A DNA stretch of 61,197 bases, counting the filler, from Basidioascus undulatus (taxonomy: Eukaryota): assembly GCA_000826855.1 (NCBI GenBank). It is 6 parts of 6 records of this genome, joined end to end, with 100 filler letters (N's around TTAATTAATTAA, not from the genome) between each part and the next. Parts side by side here need not be neighbours in the genome. Positions count along the whole stretch, not along the records: positions 1 to 6,698 come from JTLS01001687.1; positions 6,799 to 13,493 come from JTLS01001688.1; 4 more parts are not named here. One strand, 5' to 3'. Within the stretch, counting starts at the first letter, position 1. Each line of letters starts with the position of its first letter. The translations under genes and the position numbers were made by a program. Under the pieces are notes generated by a model. The model was not told the origin of the DNA. It did no database searches and saw nothing but the letters and a program-made list of their open reading frames with translations. This document shows positions 1-11,900 of the stretch, piece after piece.

Positions 1-942
1 ACCCTCACCCCCTCTCGCCCCCCTCCGCTGCACACGCTCCTCACCCACCTGCGCACCGCCCTCCTCCAAAACTCGCGCGCGCACCTTCGCCCTCTCCTCT
101 CCTCCCTGCCGCCCTCCCTCCCTCCGACAAACCCCTTCCTCGCGCCCACGCTCCTCCGCTCCTTCCTAACCAACCACGACTATACGTCCGCGCTCTACCT
201 CCTGCACGCGCTCCCTTCCCGCTCGCTCTCCGAAGATCTCTTCATCGCCCTCCTCCGGGGCGTGCGGCCCCTCTTCGGGCCCCGCGACGCACGCATGCGC
301 ACGCGCCAGCGGCGCTCGCCCGCCCTCCGCGAGGCGGACAACCATGGCAGGCAGGTGACGCCCGCGGACCTCCCCCTCGCCGCCCTCGAGCGCGCAGCAT
401 TCATCATGCCCTCCTCGCCTGCCGAGCTCTCCCCTGCGCTCGCGCTCGCGACAGTCCGCTTCCTCCTCCGGCAGCGGGACGCCTCGGACCTCTACGCCCT
501 CCGCCTAATCGAGGCGCTCCTTCCCCCCTCCCCTTCTCCCACCCCACCTCCCCTCGCCCTCCCTCTCCTCCACGCGCTGCTCGCTCGCCTCGTCCCCCCG
601 CCCGGGGCGCCCGCGCCCCCGCACGCGCTCCATCCACGGGCGTTCTCCCTCATCCACGCATTCAAGACGCGCTACCCCGCCCTGCAGCTCAACGCAGAGA
701 CGCAGTACCTCGTCGTGCGCTGCGTGGCGCACCGCGCGCGGCGCGCGAAGGAGGGGCGGAAGCTACTGGAGATGCGGAGGAAGGGGCGGGGCGTGTGGGC
801 GGGCGTAAGGGAGAGTAAGAGGGCGAGGTCGCTGGTGGAGGGTTGGGAGGAGGAGCGGAGGAGGTGGGGCGAGGGGAGGAGGAGATGGGAGGAGAGGGAG
901 AGAGGGGAGGAGGAGGAGGAGGAAGGAGATTTGTTGGATTGA
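1..942 (+). CDS. Hypothetical protein, 5'-partial, Leu/Ala-rich helical (possibly PPR-like)
   Basis: Frame 1 is open from base 1 (TLTPSRPPPLHTLLTHLR...) through the 262..942 ORF to TGA at 940-942, with GC-rich coding-like codons. No family motif recognised. Confidence 0.6.
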   Translation, partial: TLTPSRPPPLHTLLTHLRTALLQNSRAHLRPLLSSLPPSLPPTNPFLAPTLLRSFLTNHDYTSALYLLHALPSRSLSEDLFIALLRGVRPLFGPRDARMRTRQRRSPALREADNHGRQVTPADLPLAALERAAFIMPSSPAELSPALALATVRFLLRQRDASDLYALRLIEALLPPSPSPTPPPLALPLLHALLARLVPPPGAPAPPHALHPRAFSLIHAFKTRYPALQLNAETQYLVVRCVAHRARRAKEGRKLLEMRRKGRGVWAGVRESKRARSLVEGWEEERRRWGEGRRRWEERERGEEEEEEGDLLD

Positions 943-1593
943 AGGAGGGGGGTGGACGGAGGTTGGAAGGAAGGAAGGATGGCATGCGCACGCATCGCAA
1001 ACGCACACCACACATTGTTCTGAAGCATTATTCCCAAACACCAATCGAATCGAATCGCACGGACATAAAATGCATCTGCTCGCCGCTCTCGCCGAGAGGG
1101 GTCTGACTGTCAAGGTTGCGCGTGGAACGGGGTGCTCGCACTGCTACTATCTCCATCTCCGGCAAGCTCTTGGAGGTTGTAAACAGTCAAGCAGGATTTG
1201 GGAGGCGGCTGTCTCCCCAGAATTGAATGCCATTGTTGAGAAGTCCCAAGCTAGCTCAAGCTAGCTTCAAATTCGTGCCGTGAGTCGTGACCAACGCTGC
1301 AGCAGCGATTGCAGCGCGAAAGTTGCAGCTGCCGTTTGTGTTGGGAGAGGAGATGACCTGAGCCCTAGGGCTGTAGACTAGTTCTGACTGGTTTCCTTAG
1401 TGTCCAAGAACGTGTAAAGGAGCACAGTCGCTCGCCAGCACAGGCGCAGCTGCCAATCCTCGCTCTAGCCCCTCGCCCCCGGTCTTCCTGCATTTCGCAT
1501 GGAAGGGCAGGGTCTACTTGATCATATCAACCCCTATGCCACATGACCTCCGTCCTATTCACATCCTCGTCCGCATCTTCCTCCCCTCCACGC

Positions 1594-4216
1594 TCAGTAA
1601 AGCACCCTCGGCCTTTCTTTCGCCAGGCGCAGCACGCTCTCGGCGAAATACGAGTTGGCCCATGCGAACCAGGCTGCGAGTGTGAAGATCCATCATCAGC
1701 GGTGGGAAGAAAAAGAAAAAGATGCGAAGATTTGGGTTGAGGATGGAGGAAAGGTATGGTGAGGAGGAGAGTGTGAGGGAGAAGTAGGGGGAAAGGAAGA
1801 GAGGGAAGACGACGCACGGCGAGTGAAATCTGTCGAATTGTTTATGTTGACCTGCAACAATAAGGACCTGGATTTCAATATCCAAAAGGGGGGATGGGGC
1901 CACTTTCCGGTAGAATATTTTGAAGGACGTACCGACTCGTGCATCAGTCCCAAGCCAGCCGTGGAATTTCTTCTTGGTCCGGGTCAGTGTCCTCACTGCC
2001 AGACTTTCATGGCAAAGGAAGAGGCTCATACTTGAGCCACTCAAGATTATCCACTATCTCTTCGTCCAACGTGCTAGTGAGGATGAGCGAGACGAGCGCC
2101 ATCGGCCACGGGTGGATGAGGTCGACGTGTGGTCCGCCGATGCCCTTCATCCCGCTCGTGTCCAGTGAGTGCCCGAGTACAAAGTGAGGGAATGGTGAAG
2201 GCACACATAAAAGTCCGAGCCTCGCACAAAACTGGAGCGGGGTTCAGTCGGTAGAGGGCGAGATCGAAGGGAAGAGGGTACAAGAGACGCACTAGGGGTT
2301 CCCGGACTGCGAGAGGAGCATGCGGCGGGTGTTTTGGTACGTCTCATCTGTGGTATCTGTGGGTGGTAGAAATGTGATGAGAGGTTGAAAGGAAGAAGCT
2401 GGCCGGGCGGGAGGCGATTGGATGGAGAAGTCGACTGACTGAGGAAGCCCAGGTACGGTAGGGAGAGGAGCGAGGGGACGTTCGCATCGTCCATCTGGGC
2501 GGACGGCCTCAGAGTGTGAGTGAACTGTTTGTGAGCTTTAAGATACGGCTATACTTACAAACACTCTCCCCCCGAAGCCGTCGACTTCGTAACTGCGAGC
2601 ACCCAACTTTCAGCTGTTTGGATACAGTAAATCAGAAGAGATTCTAACTCACGCGAGCACCTTCCCCCACTTCGGATGCTCAAACACGCCGTGCTCCCAT
2701 ACAGCCTTCTCCACTCGGTCCGCCGTCTCGCGCGCCTGTCCGGCCAGATCAGGCCTGAGGTGCTCCGCGTCCAGCACGGACGCGAGCTGGCGCAGCTCGA
2801 CGGCGAGGAGCGCGTTGTCGGGGATGTGGAAGGGCAGTTGGACGAGGTCGTCAGAGGCTGTTCCCCAGATTCCAGTCGTATGAAAAAACAAAGAATGATG
2901 ATGGATGCAATTGGAGGAAGGGGGAGGAACACGTACGCCTAAACGCAGTCTTCACCATACCCGTCTCCGCAGCGGGCGGGCCATTCCCGCGGTTGACGAC
3001 CGGGATCTTGGGCGATGCGAAGCGGTAGAAACTCTGCAGCTCTCCGTTTTCGCTGAGAGTCGGGAGTGACTGGTTCGAGATCAGGTCGAAGATCCCTTCG
3101 ACCGCGGCGAACCCTGCGTTGTCGTTGCGAGGCGTCAGGAGATCGGTTTGCGAATGCTCAATTGGGGAAGAGCGCAAACATGATGGTGTGAGGTAGCTTG
3201 CGTCCCCGGTTGTTTGATAGAACTGGCGCGAGAGCTTGAGGAACCCGCCGAGGGAGTCGAGCTCATACTGTCCCAGCCCGCGCACCGCCGAGGTGAAGCG
3301 TGCCCGTAGCTAGGTAACTCCACCCACTGACCTTGCATTCAAACACCGTGGTGTTGTCAACAGGAGGAAACAGATCCACGTCCTCCGCCCAGTCGTTATG
3401 CTGCGGGGCTAGGCCGCTCTCGGCGGGCGGCTGGAACGCACCGCAGTACGGGTACTGCGAGAGGTACCTCGCTTGGAGAGCCTGGGGAAGGGAGGGAAAG
3501 GTTCGGGAAGGTGGTATTGAAATAGCATGAGAGGATGATACACGCACGATTGTCCCACGAATGAGCTTGGCGAGCTCGAGGTCTTGCGGTGCGAGCGATT
3601 GGTAGATCGCCAGCTGGAGGAAGTGCGCCGCGGATAAGGGGGTGGGACGATCCGCAAGACAGGCGTTGGGCGCTGACGGACCTGGTTGCAGGAATCCCGG
3701 ATCCACATGGCATTTATATCGCCCGTCACGACGAAGGCCAGATTGTTCGACTTCCACTTGATCGTCGTATCTGGGGGCAAGGGGTCAGGAAAGAAGACGG
3801 TCAGACCAGCGGCATTCAGACGTACCCAGCGTGTTGGTGAGCGCGTTCGTAAAAAACATTGCAAGGTCCCGATCTTTCAATACTGACGTAACATTCTCAA
3901 GAAGCCCTTCGATGGCAGGGGACGTGAATGTCCTGGTCCCGAAACGTCGAGCAGGCTGATCAGTGTCATTTGGCAAGGCTATCTCAACTCGAGCCGCTCA
4001 CCTGCACTCTTCGGGCGGACGCATGTGAGGTAGCCCGAGAGGCCCATCCGAAACCGTTCCGTGAGGCTCCAAAGCGTATTCCGCGAACTCGGGGCAGCCA
4101 GACTGGCTCTGCCTGACGAGAAGGGGTTCGGGAGCGGGATCCCTGGCTTCCCACGGACCAGCGATCGATAAGGTGCTCGTCTGCGAGTATATCAGAAAGG
4201 TGAGTAAGCGATGCAT
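1594..4216 (-). CDS. Glycoside hydrolase family 125 (DUF1237/Mug157-like, putative exo-alpha-1,6-mannosidase), multi-exon
   Basis: Spliced motifs RTFTSPAIE, NTLDTTIKW, FVVTGDINAMWIRDS, FECKYELDSL, TAFR-xSDD, YEVDGFG, MDDANVPSLLSLPYLGF, IGGPHV, WPMA, AGLGLMHES and FTR-xWFAWANSYFAE...RPRVLY*. GT-AG introns checked at most junctions. The N-terminus MHRLLTFLIY is signal-peptide-like; an alternative ATG lies ~40 nt upstream. Confidence 0.92.
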
Positions 4217-6686
4217 GAGTTGTGAGAGGAAGGCTTTAGAGAGAGGATACTGCATTCTGGAGGGGGGCAAGCCATCGCGCTATAAAAGTCGGAGGAATGG
4301 GGAAGTGGTTAGCGGCGGGCCGGCGTGCGTGCGGCACAAACGTCACGAGCAGTGCAGACGCTGGTGAGAAGGGTCACTCGGTGTTGTATTTATGCTGCCT
4401 TTACTGTACCGCGTGATCAAAGCAAAACCATATGTAGCGGGTGCGTTGATGTTCGACAGCTACATAGCATTCTCTCTGACGGCCGGCCGTAAGGTCATAA
4501 TGAGGTGGAATCCAGGGAGGGAATGGTCCTGTTAAGAACGGTAGTCGTGGAGATCATATGGACGTTCGGATGGTGCTGGGGTGCTGGTGGGACAGCCCAC
4601 AGAAAATGTCACATATCGTGTGAACCAACTACAGAAGCATGTAGCCGCGCAAACACTACGGCTCACGCTCCTCCCGGGCCTGCTGTAGCTGCCTGCTGCA
4701 ACAACCTGAGCCCCCCCGGCCAGGCGGAAAGCACCTATCCACCGTGGACATGGTCGCCTGCGTGCTCAAAGGTGAATTAATATATCCTCGTCTAAAAAAT
4801 ACCGTAGCATCACCGCCCCGGAGGAACCCCCTAGCACCCTTTTCTTGCCATGGTGACATCGCGACAAGGCCGACACCGATACTTGGCCAGTCGGAAGGTG
4901 CTGGGAACTGATCTACAGTCACCAGCGCTTTATACTCAATTTCTTCCCGCTCGTTTCTCTGCTACTTTCAGGAAGGACGGATGGAATGTACATCTTCTTG
5001 TCAATAATGGCATGTCCAGGGGGTGGGCGTATGGCGGCCTGGATCCCACTTGGGAGGCCGTACACTCGGCGTACACTACTTCGTACGCAAGATGTGGATG
5101 ACGATGATGGTGTCGTCATTAACGGGCTGCCGTGTGCAGAAAGTGCCATGTACAGGTCATTTCAGAGACTTGAGGTGACGGTACAGCAGCAGGACTGCAG
5201 CTGCCGAAATGATGGTTCACGAAATTACTGATCTTCTCCTGCAGCCGCTGATCCCCCAGTCGGGGCTAGCACAAAAGGGTCTGTGTCATCCGCGTTGACG
5301 CCAACGCGCTTACACTCCTCCGAAGCGGAGGCGCGCGGGGGCCGAGGGCGCGGAGAGAAGATTGAGGCGTGCCTTCCAGGGTCTTCATCCCCTCGACGAA
5401 ACCATCGACATCGACACTTGTCTCTGCGCGTTTACGCGATAGAGTTGCACGCTCCGTGCGCGGTCCGCCCAGAGCACGCGATAGGAGGTGGGACAAGAAA
5501 TGGACAAGGAAAGGGCAAGTTCCACGCAGTAGAACACCAGCCAAGTTCGCTCTTCCTTCAGTTCGCTGCGCTGGCACGTGTGATTGTCAGTGATTGTTGT
5601 TATCGCTGACAGGAAAAGGGTGCATTCAGAGAAGAATAGCTTTATCGCTGACGGGTGGGCGAGACTGTGGCTTGTCGCAGTCTGAAGCGCAACCGCACTG
5701 TAGCCTCGTAGAGTTGGCAGCAATCTACTCAAAGTTGGACGTCTGGCAGCGTACAAGCCATGTGCGAATTCGGATGGTGGCGAACTCACGCTAGCGTGCA
5801 CGCTAAAAAGTCTAAAGGAGTCCTCGAGCGCCCGGCCGACGCTACGCTGCACGTCGGCATCGCGCGGAAGGGGAGCGCAATGCCCAAAGGTACGTAGGCA
5901 GCGAGTAGGAACGGAGACCGACCGAGGCGCCAGACGAGGTTCGAACACCATGATTGACCGAGGGCAAGAAGAGTCAGAAGGGTCGGCCGGCGGTAGGTAC
6001 TGTACGATGGGCGGGTCGCTTAGTGTGAAAGTATGGCGAACAGCATCCCCTCCCGGGGGCTCGAGTCGTCTTCGAAGACGCGGGCACTGCTGAGCGCCTC
6101 ACCGAACCCCACACAACCGGACCAGTGTCAAGACTCCTTTCGAGGAGACCGCCGGCGCGCCCTCGTCTGGCTTCTGCTCTGCTCCTGCACACCCTTTCGT
6201 CCCCCATCGGCACACTACAGCGGTACCGACGACCCGGCGAGCTAGGCGACACTGCAGCCTCACAGCGCTGCTCGACCTGCCCCTACCGTGTTCATTCTCC
6301 CCCTTCGACCCCCCCAGCAGTGGTTCTCCCCCTGGCAATCGGCCCCTTTCCCCTCCCTCACCACCCCTTTCTGTCCTCCTCTTGCTCTCTCCGCTAGAAT
6401 CCTGCGGCTGCGCTCCCATCCCCCTGCTTTACACTGCACAATTCGAGGGCGTTGTCAGTGCGGTTGTTCTCTCCGTGATCTCGATACACGTTTCCCGCCG
6501 TCCCGCGATCCCTCTCCGTCCCCGCTTTTCCGTCCCTACCGTCGCTGATCCCGTTGACTCGGTGCGTACTGCCGCTGCCAAACACAAATGCCCTCCTCCA
6601 TTTCCACCGAAATTCACTGACGGTCGCTCCTTCTAGGCGCCGGTTCTCCTCGCATCCCTCTCCCTTCCTCTCTCTTTCCTTCCTCC

Positions 6687-6698
6687 AGATCGGAAGAG
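6687..6698 (+). other. Illumina adapter remnant AGATCGGAAGAG at contig end
   Basis: Exact 12-nt match to the TruSeq adapter start, immediately before the N gap. Confidence 0.9.
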
Positions 6699-6798
6699 NN
6701 NNNNNNNNNNNNNNNNNNNNNNNNNNNNNNNNNNNNNNNNNNTTAATTAATTAANNNNNNNNNNNNNNNNNNNNNNNNNNNNNNNNNNNNNNNNNNNN
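6699..6798. other. Artificial contig linker (N44-TTAATTAATTAA-N44)
   Basis: 100-nt spacer with a six-frame stop linker, identical at five places. Confidence 0.98.
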
Positions 6799-7597
6799 GG
6801 AGCTGGCACTGCTGCATCTATATCGAAGTCACTCCCCTGCACGGTTCACTCAGCTTGCATCGACGGCAAAGCCAGGAACAGACATATCCCACTATAATCT
6901 TCAATACGTCCTGTTGGGCGTAACACAGCAAAATATCAAGAGTGACAATCAGTGGGGGAGCAGTCTTCAGAATACTTCCGATATGTGGGCTTTTACAAAT
7001 TTGTCTCAACGTCAAGTTTGTCAGGCTCAAGGGGCAGGCGTTGTAGCACAAGCTCAAAGCTGCTTGAAACTGAACTGACTGTCTTCCACAGATTGGTGAC
7101 GGTTCTCTGCGGCTTGTACTGACATTGGGCTTTTAATTTAGCCAAAAGACTCTGAAAAGAGGAGATACTATTGTTAAGAATAAGGCTGCACAGAGAACCT
7201 CACCGTAAATTACCGTGCTTGCCCCGCGGTTCTGTCACTTGAATTGCCCAGGTTGATGTACTGCAAACTGTAAAGCGTTCAACTATACACAGCCCGAGTG
7301 CAGTCCCAAATCTTAGACAATCTCTGCACAAGGTAAGAATGCCTTAGCGATTAGTTGGCTTGGCTTGATGGACCAGATTGGGGTGGACTGCCACATCAAG
7401 TGACATCGCAATTGCAACACCAGCGCATTACAGTCTACCGGCCCTCAGAAGCTCAATCTCTCGTTGCAACGTTCTCCGCCAGCTCGGTAAGGGGGAGCTC
7501 TTTAGCTTGCTTCTCGCTCTTCGCCTCGATAGCCTTGGCCGAGTCCGGACTGTCAGACTGGGAGTCCTTGTCAGCTCCATTTTCAAGGGAGTCTGCT

Positions 7598-10434
7598 TCA
7601 GACTGCATAGAACGACACCTCTGTGGTGTCCTCGTCGCGCAGCTCAAGATTGGAGACGACGAGCCACGTCGGGTAGATTGAAATTATCAGCAGAGCAACG
7701 TTGATGCCGACCTGTTCCCAAGATGGTGAGACGTAGTTCTTCCTCTATCCTCGTCATGCCTTCCTTATTACTTACAGGACTCCACGCGTTTACTGGATTG
7801 GCGTTAATTCCGAAAGCCACCGCCTGCGCAGCGCTCTCAGTGCCGCGCAAAATGCCTGTCAGTCAAGTGAGCTCACTGATGTCGTTGGTCATGGTGCCCA
7901 TCTGAAGATGGCACCTCATGAGCCGCAGCACGAGACTGGGAGAGTCCGGAGGGCGTACCACGTAGTAGAGGAAGCTTTGCAGAACCTGTTGCGCAATGCT
8001 CCAAAAAATCTCGACAAAGAAGCCCCTGAAGCGCAGCGTTCGACTATCAGCTGTGTTCATAAAGTCCGTAGTGGCAAGAGTAGCTTTACCGAACGAAGTC
8101 CGAAGATTCCCAGTCCAGGACGGGATTGTCTCTTGTGTAGTCCGCGATGATCACCACAGCATAGACCCACGCCAAAAGGTGGACGGCGATGACGAGGCCA
8201 AAGCCATGGAGAATACGCTTCTTGCGTGAGATTCCTACCCAGTCTCCTGGTTCAGCATGCTACCATTAAGAAAACCGGGATATGACTGACCCTTGTAGTC
8301 GAGAAGCGCAGACATGACAAGGCTGCCGATGAGAGGAGCCAGGTTGCCCACCTGCAACGACCCGATACTGTCAGAAGTACAGCCTTCATCTCGCTTGACA
8401 GACCACTCACGAAGCCCTTCAGAGCTAATAGGTAGGTAGATGTGAGACGGTGTTCAGTCTCTTCTAAAGTCAAAAGCAGGGGTTAGACGTACCTCGCGCT
8501 CGAACACCGAAGTAAAGTGTTGAGAAGGTGGAGCTGTACGAGTTGAAGTAGGCGGCTGCAAATACTGGCAGGAGCAGAAGAACCTAATTGATCAAGCATC
8601 AGAACTCGAGTCAGAGTCCATTGGCGGGTTTCGAGTGTGTGCTCACTGACCTCGCGGCGCTTGAATGTCGTCCAGAGGTCGCGCAGGGTTTGAACCAACG
8701 AAACTTTCGGCTGCACCGTAACCTTCGAGCCGTCGGATCCTGTAAGAGGTGTCAGAGCGAGAGAAACATTTATAGAAGGACTTTGGATGCTCACGCTGAA
8801 CGTTTTCGGGCTTGCTCAAGAAGAGAGCGAACTGCTAGACATTGAAGGGCCTGTCCTCCGGACTCTGCGTGAGCTTCATCCATGGGTCCGGCAGCGAGAA
8901 ACCATACGTACAACCTAGATAGGCAATTTTTCAGAACACCCAGTCAGTGGTTGAATGTCATGTCCGCGAAAACTCACGAAGATCAAGTACGTGTCCGTCC
9001 CCACCGAACCCCGCCCGCTCTCCTTTGTGTTGAGAGGAAAGACGATCGCTCCTCCAACCAAGGCTGTACAGGAAGTAAGCTCGATTGACCCCCCTCTGAC
9101 GTTTGTAAGGCAGCTCTAACGACGCACGACCAGCGGTCCGGAAGGAGACCCAGATGTTCAGGTAGCGACCACGCTCGGAGGGCTCAGGATACTGAAAGGA
9201 TGATTGTCCTTCAGCTATGCTGGTCTCTATAAGGATTAGCAGAATATCATGCTTACACCGACAGCGACCGCTCCCTCAGATGCCCAGAACAGCCCCGCTG
9301 AGATCCCATCAATGGCACCGCCAAAAAGCGGGAACCTGAAGAAGGGACATATTGGCCACACTCTTCTTTTACGACTGTTCCCAAAGTGTTGAGGATATTG
9401 AGGAAACGCACCATTGATTGTGGTCTGCGTGTAAAACCCACGCCTGGTTACCACCCAAAGCGGCAATGACGGTGAGCGAATGAACACGCACATTTTGAGT
9501 TGCAGTACAGAGCCGCTGCATACATCGGGTACCTGTACACCAGTGGAATTAGCGTACCTGCTTAGAAAAAAAGTCTGTCAATAGTTACCCGGCAGCACCG
9601 AGAACAAGCGTCCAAGCTGCGAAGACGCTCAGGCAGGTCAGCACGAATCCCACTGGTCTTCGGCCAAGCAGCAATGTACTTACCCAGGCCGATATGATTT
9701 GCTATGCTTGCACCAAGGACGCAGAAACTGGCCATCAATGCGAAGACCAGAGCGTTGGCTCCATTGATGACTGTGCGTCCCAACGCCAAATCAGCACTGT
9801 TTCCCGGACCGGGATACCAGCAAGCAAAATAAGGGGCACCGTAGGGCTCCCGTGCACCTCCTGTATAATTCAGGGCCGTAAGACTTTCGCTCGATAAAGG
9901 CTGATCTTTTGTCTCTGCTGACATACCAGCCCCGAGCGCGTTCATCGCGTTCCACTACAAACGACATCCCTCAGCCTCGACGTTTAGTTCCTGGACAGAC
10001 GCATAAATGAAAGGCTGACCAGTCCGGGGGCACAGAAGCTGTTCGGAGGGGCGTGATTTGAGCACTGAATACTGGAATGAAATTGCAAAGCAAGGAGACG
10101 TACCCGACCAGCCTACGCCGCACCCGGGATCTCCGTGAGCAGTCAAGTCCCTTTGCCCGCTTCTTCGAACTCATCCGATCACGTAGGCATCTGACGGAAA
10201 GACGCCACGGTCAAGAGGAAAGCTACAGCCCAGAACATGAAGCAACAACGCACTGAAGAGAGTCGTCCTGTACCAAACACGCTTGACCGTTTTCGCAGCG
10301 GCGATTCGACTTCGTGTGCGTGCCCCATTCTGCGCTCCTTCTCCTGGCGTTGACAAAACGATCGCGGATGGTGTTGAAGCTGATCAGCTTCTCTTTAAGG
10401 CACCCTGCAAAAAATTACATAAGGTGGGTCGCAT
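7598..10434 (-). pseudogene. UNC-93-like (DUF895) MFS transporter with a premature stop and a non-canonical donor; probable pseudogene
   Basis: Spliced WYRTTLFNAYVIGLVGFCAPGLWNAMNALGAGGAREPYVINGANALVFALM, GYPMYAAALYCNSK, FGGAIDGISAGLFWASEGAVA, SDGSKV and TNDISELT*LTGILRGTESAAQAVAFG. In-frame TGA at 7863-7865. One intron begins ATGAGT (10169-10174). The start codon at 10434 is tentative. Confidence 0.8.
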
Positions 10435-11900
10435 GTGGGTATCTGCGCACGCCATCGTGCGGGGACGCGAAGAAATGAATGGGGAAATCAGTGATAGGAG
10501 AGCTGGCGTGATTGCGGCCGGGATGTCACAATAATGCCGGCCCCACGAGCACGAGACATTAAGGAGAGCTCGTCGGCGAGCACACCCTTTTCATTTGCGG
10601 TAGGTTATATATGGCTCAAATTGCCGTCGGCAAGTCTTGGCAAGTCGGTGGGCAATGTCTTCCAATCAACCACGAAGAAAAACCTCACAAGCAAAGTGGT
10701 CCTGTCGCTGTGTCCCCATGCATTGACCTGGTGAACAGAGCCAATCTCCCCTTTACCAATATACAGAAGGAGCTAGAGCTGGCTTAAAGAGCTGCGGTTT
10801 GTATGTGGACCTTCAACTGCTTACAGCGAGCTAGGGGTTCATTGCATTCTGTCAGTGCTGACTCTGTCTTGGGTAGTGGGCATGTGGCCCATGCCGATGT
10901 AGAGTAGGACACCCGTACTTATAGTATCTGAGAGTTTGTGTGCTCTGTAAAGTTAGCAGTTTGTGGACATCCTGTATGCCTTCCATGCGAAGTGAACGTC
11001 GGAGCTACGCAATGATGCACTGTCTGTCTGAACTGAAAACACTACTCTCGATCTTACGGCCAGCGGGGCTCAAGACATAAATTTTGAAAATACGTCGAAA
11101 AATGCAGGTGTTCTTTCGGATGCCATTCTTCTGACTGCACCTTTGCAGGGAACCTAGAACGATGCTTGTCGTGGGCTTATCTTCTGTATACTGAATGTAA
11201 ACCCAGCTTGAATACGTCACTATGAGAGGTTGTCTCTATTGAGTACGCCCTGCGTTTATGTCCGGAATTGAGGGCAAGGTAAAGCGTTGAAAGCTCGCTC
11301 GTGCAGGGGACGTTCGCGTCCGCCTTTGTCGTCCTACAGTAAACTTGATTCCCGAAAATATTGGATATGTAAGAGAACATGATCTCTTGTCAAGATTCAG
11401 ATGAAGTGAGCTTTAATTGTGATGGTAGCCTCACGTGCGGATTCCCTGCAGAGCTCCGTTGATGGAACACCCAGATTTGCTTCCTATCCACCTTGTTTCA
11501 TCGCTGTTTGCCGCTCCAAGCTCCATATCACGTGGGTTGTAGAAAAGGACGAAGTGCAGAATATGCAAAATCCTTCAACAAAAGTGAATCAGAAAGCCCC
11601 AAAGGGCAAGGTTGAGTTCTGTACTCCCAGCGAGCTGCCGGCCGTCTCGGGTACTGGAAGAGTCGAGACACAGCTAGCCCAGCGGCTCTGAAGAAGTTCG
11701 AAACCGTGTTTGCGTACAGAAACGCTATGAAGCCCCTGCGGCCCGCACCGTGCCAGGAACGCACTCGTGAAACTCTCGCTGCGTGTTTCTACAACAGACA
11801 AATTGGAGCAATCCAGCGTACACAATTAAAAATTCATAATCTAACTGTCATCCTGTTCATCTCAAATCATGCGGTCCATCACATCATGCTGTCCAACCCC

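Noticed and set aside
4850..5101. HLLVNNG segment resembling a short-chain dehydrogenase motif
   Set aside because: No TGxxxGIG or YxxxK motif found nearby; too weak to call.
5930..5950. GGTTCGAA as a tRNA T-loop (also near 28885 and 43442)
   Set aside because: No T-stem pairing or cloverleaf; no tRNA or rRNA supported in the window.
6743..6754. TTAATTAATTAA palindrome repeated five times as a biological repeat or CRISPR-like element
   Set aside because: Always centred in a 100-nt N spacer; it is an artificial six-frame stop linker.
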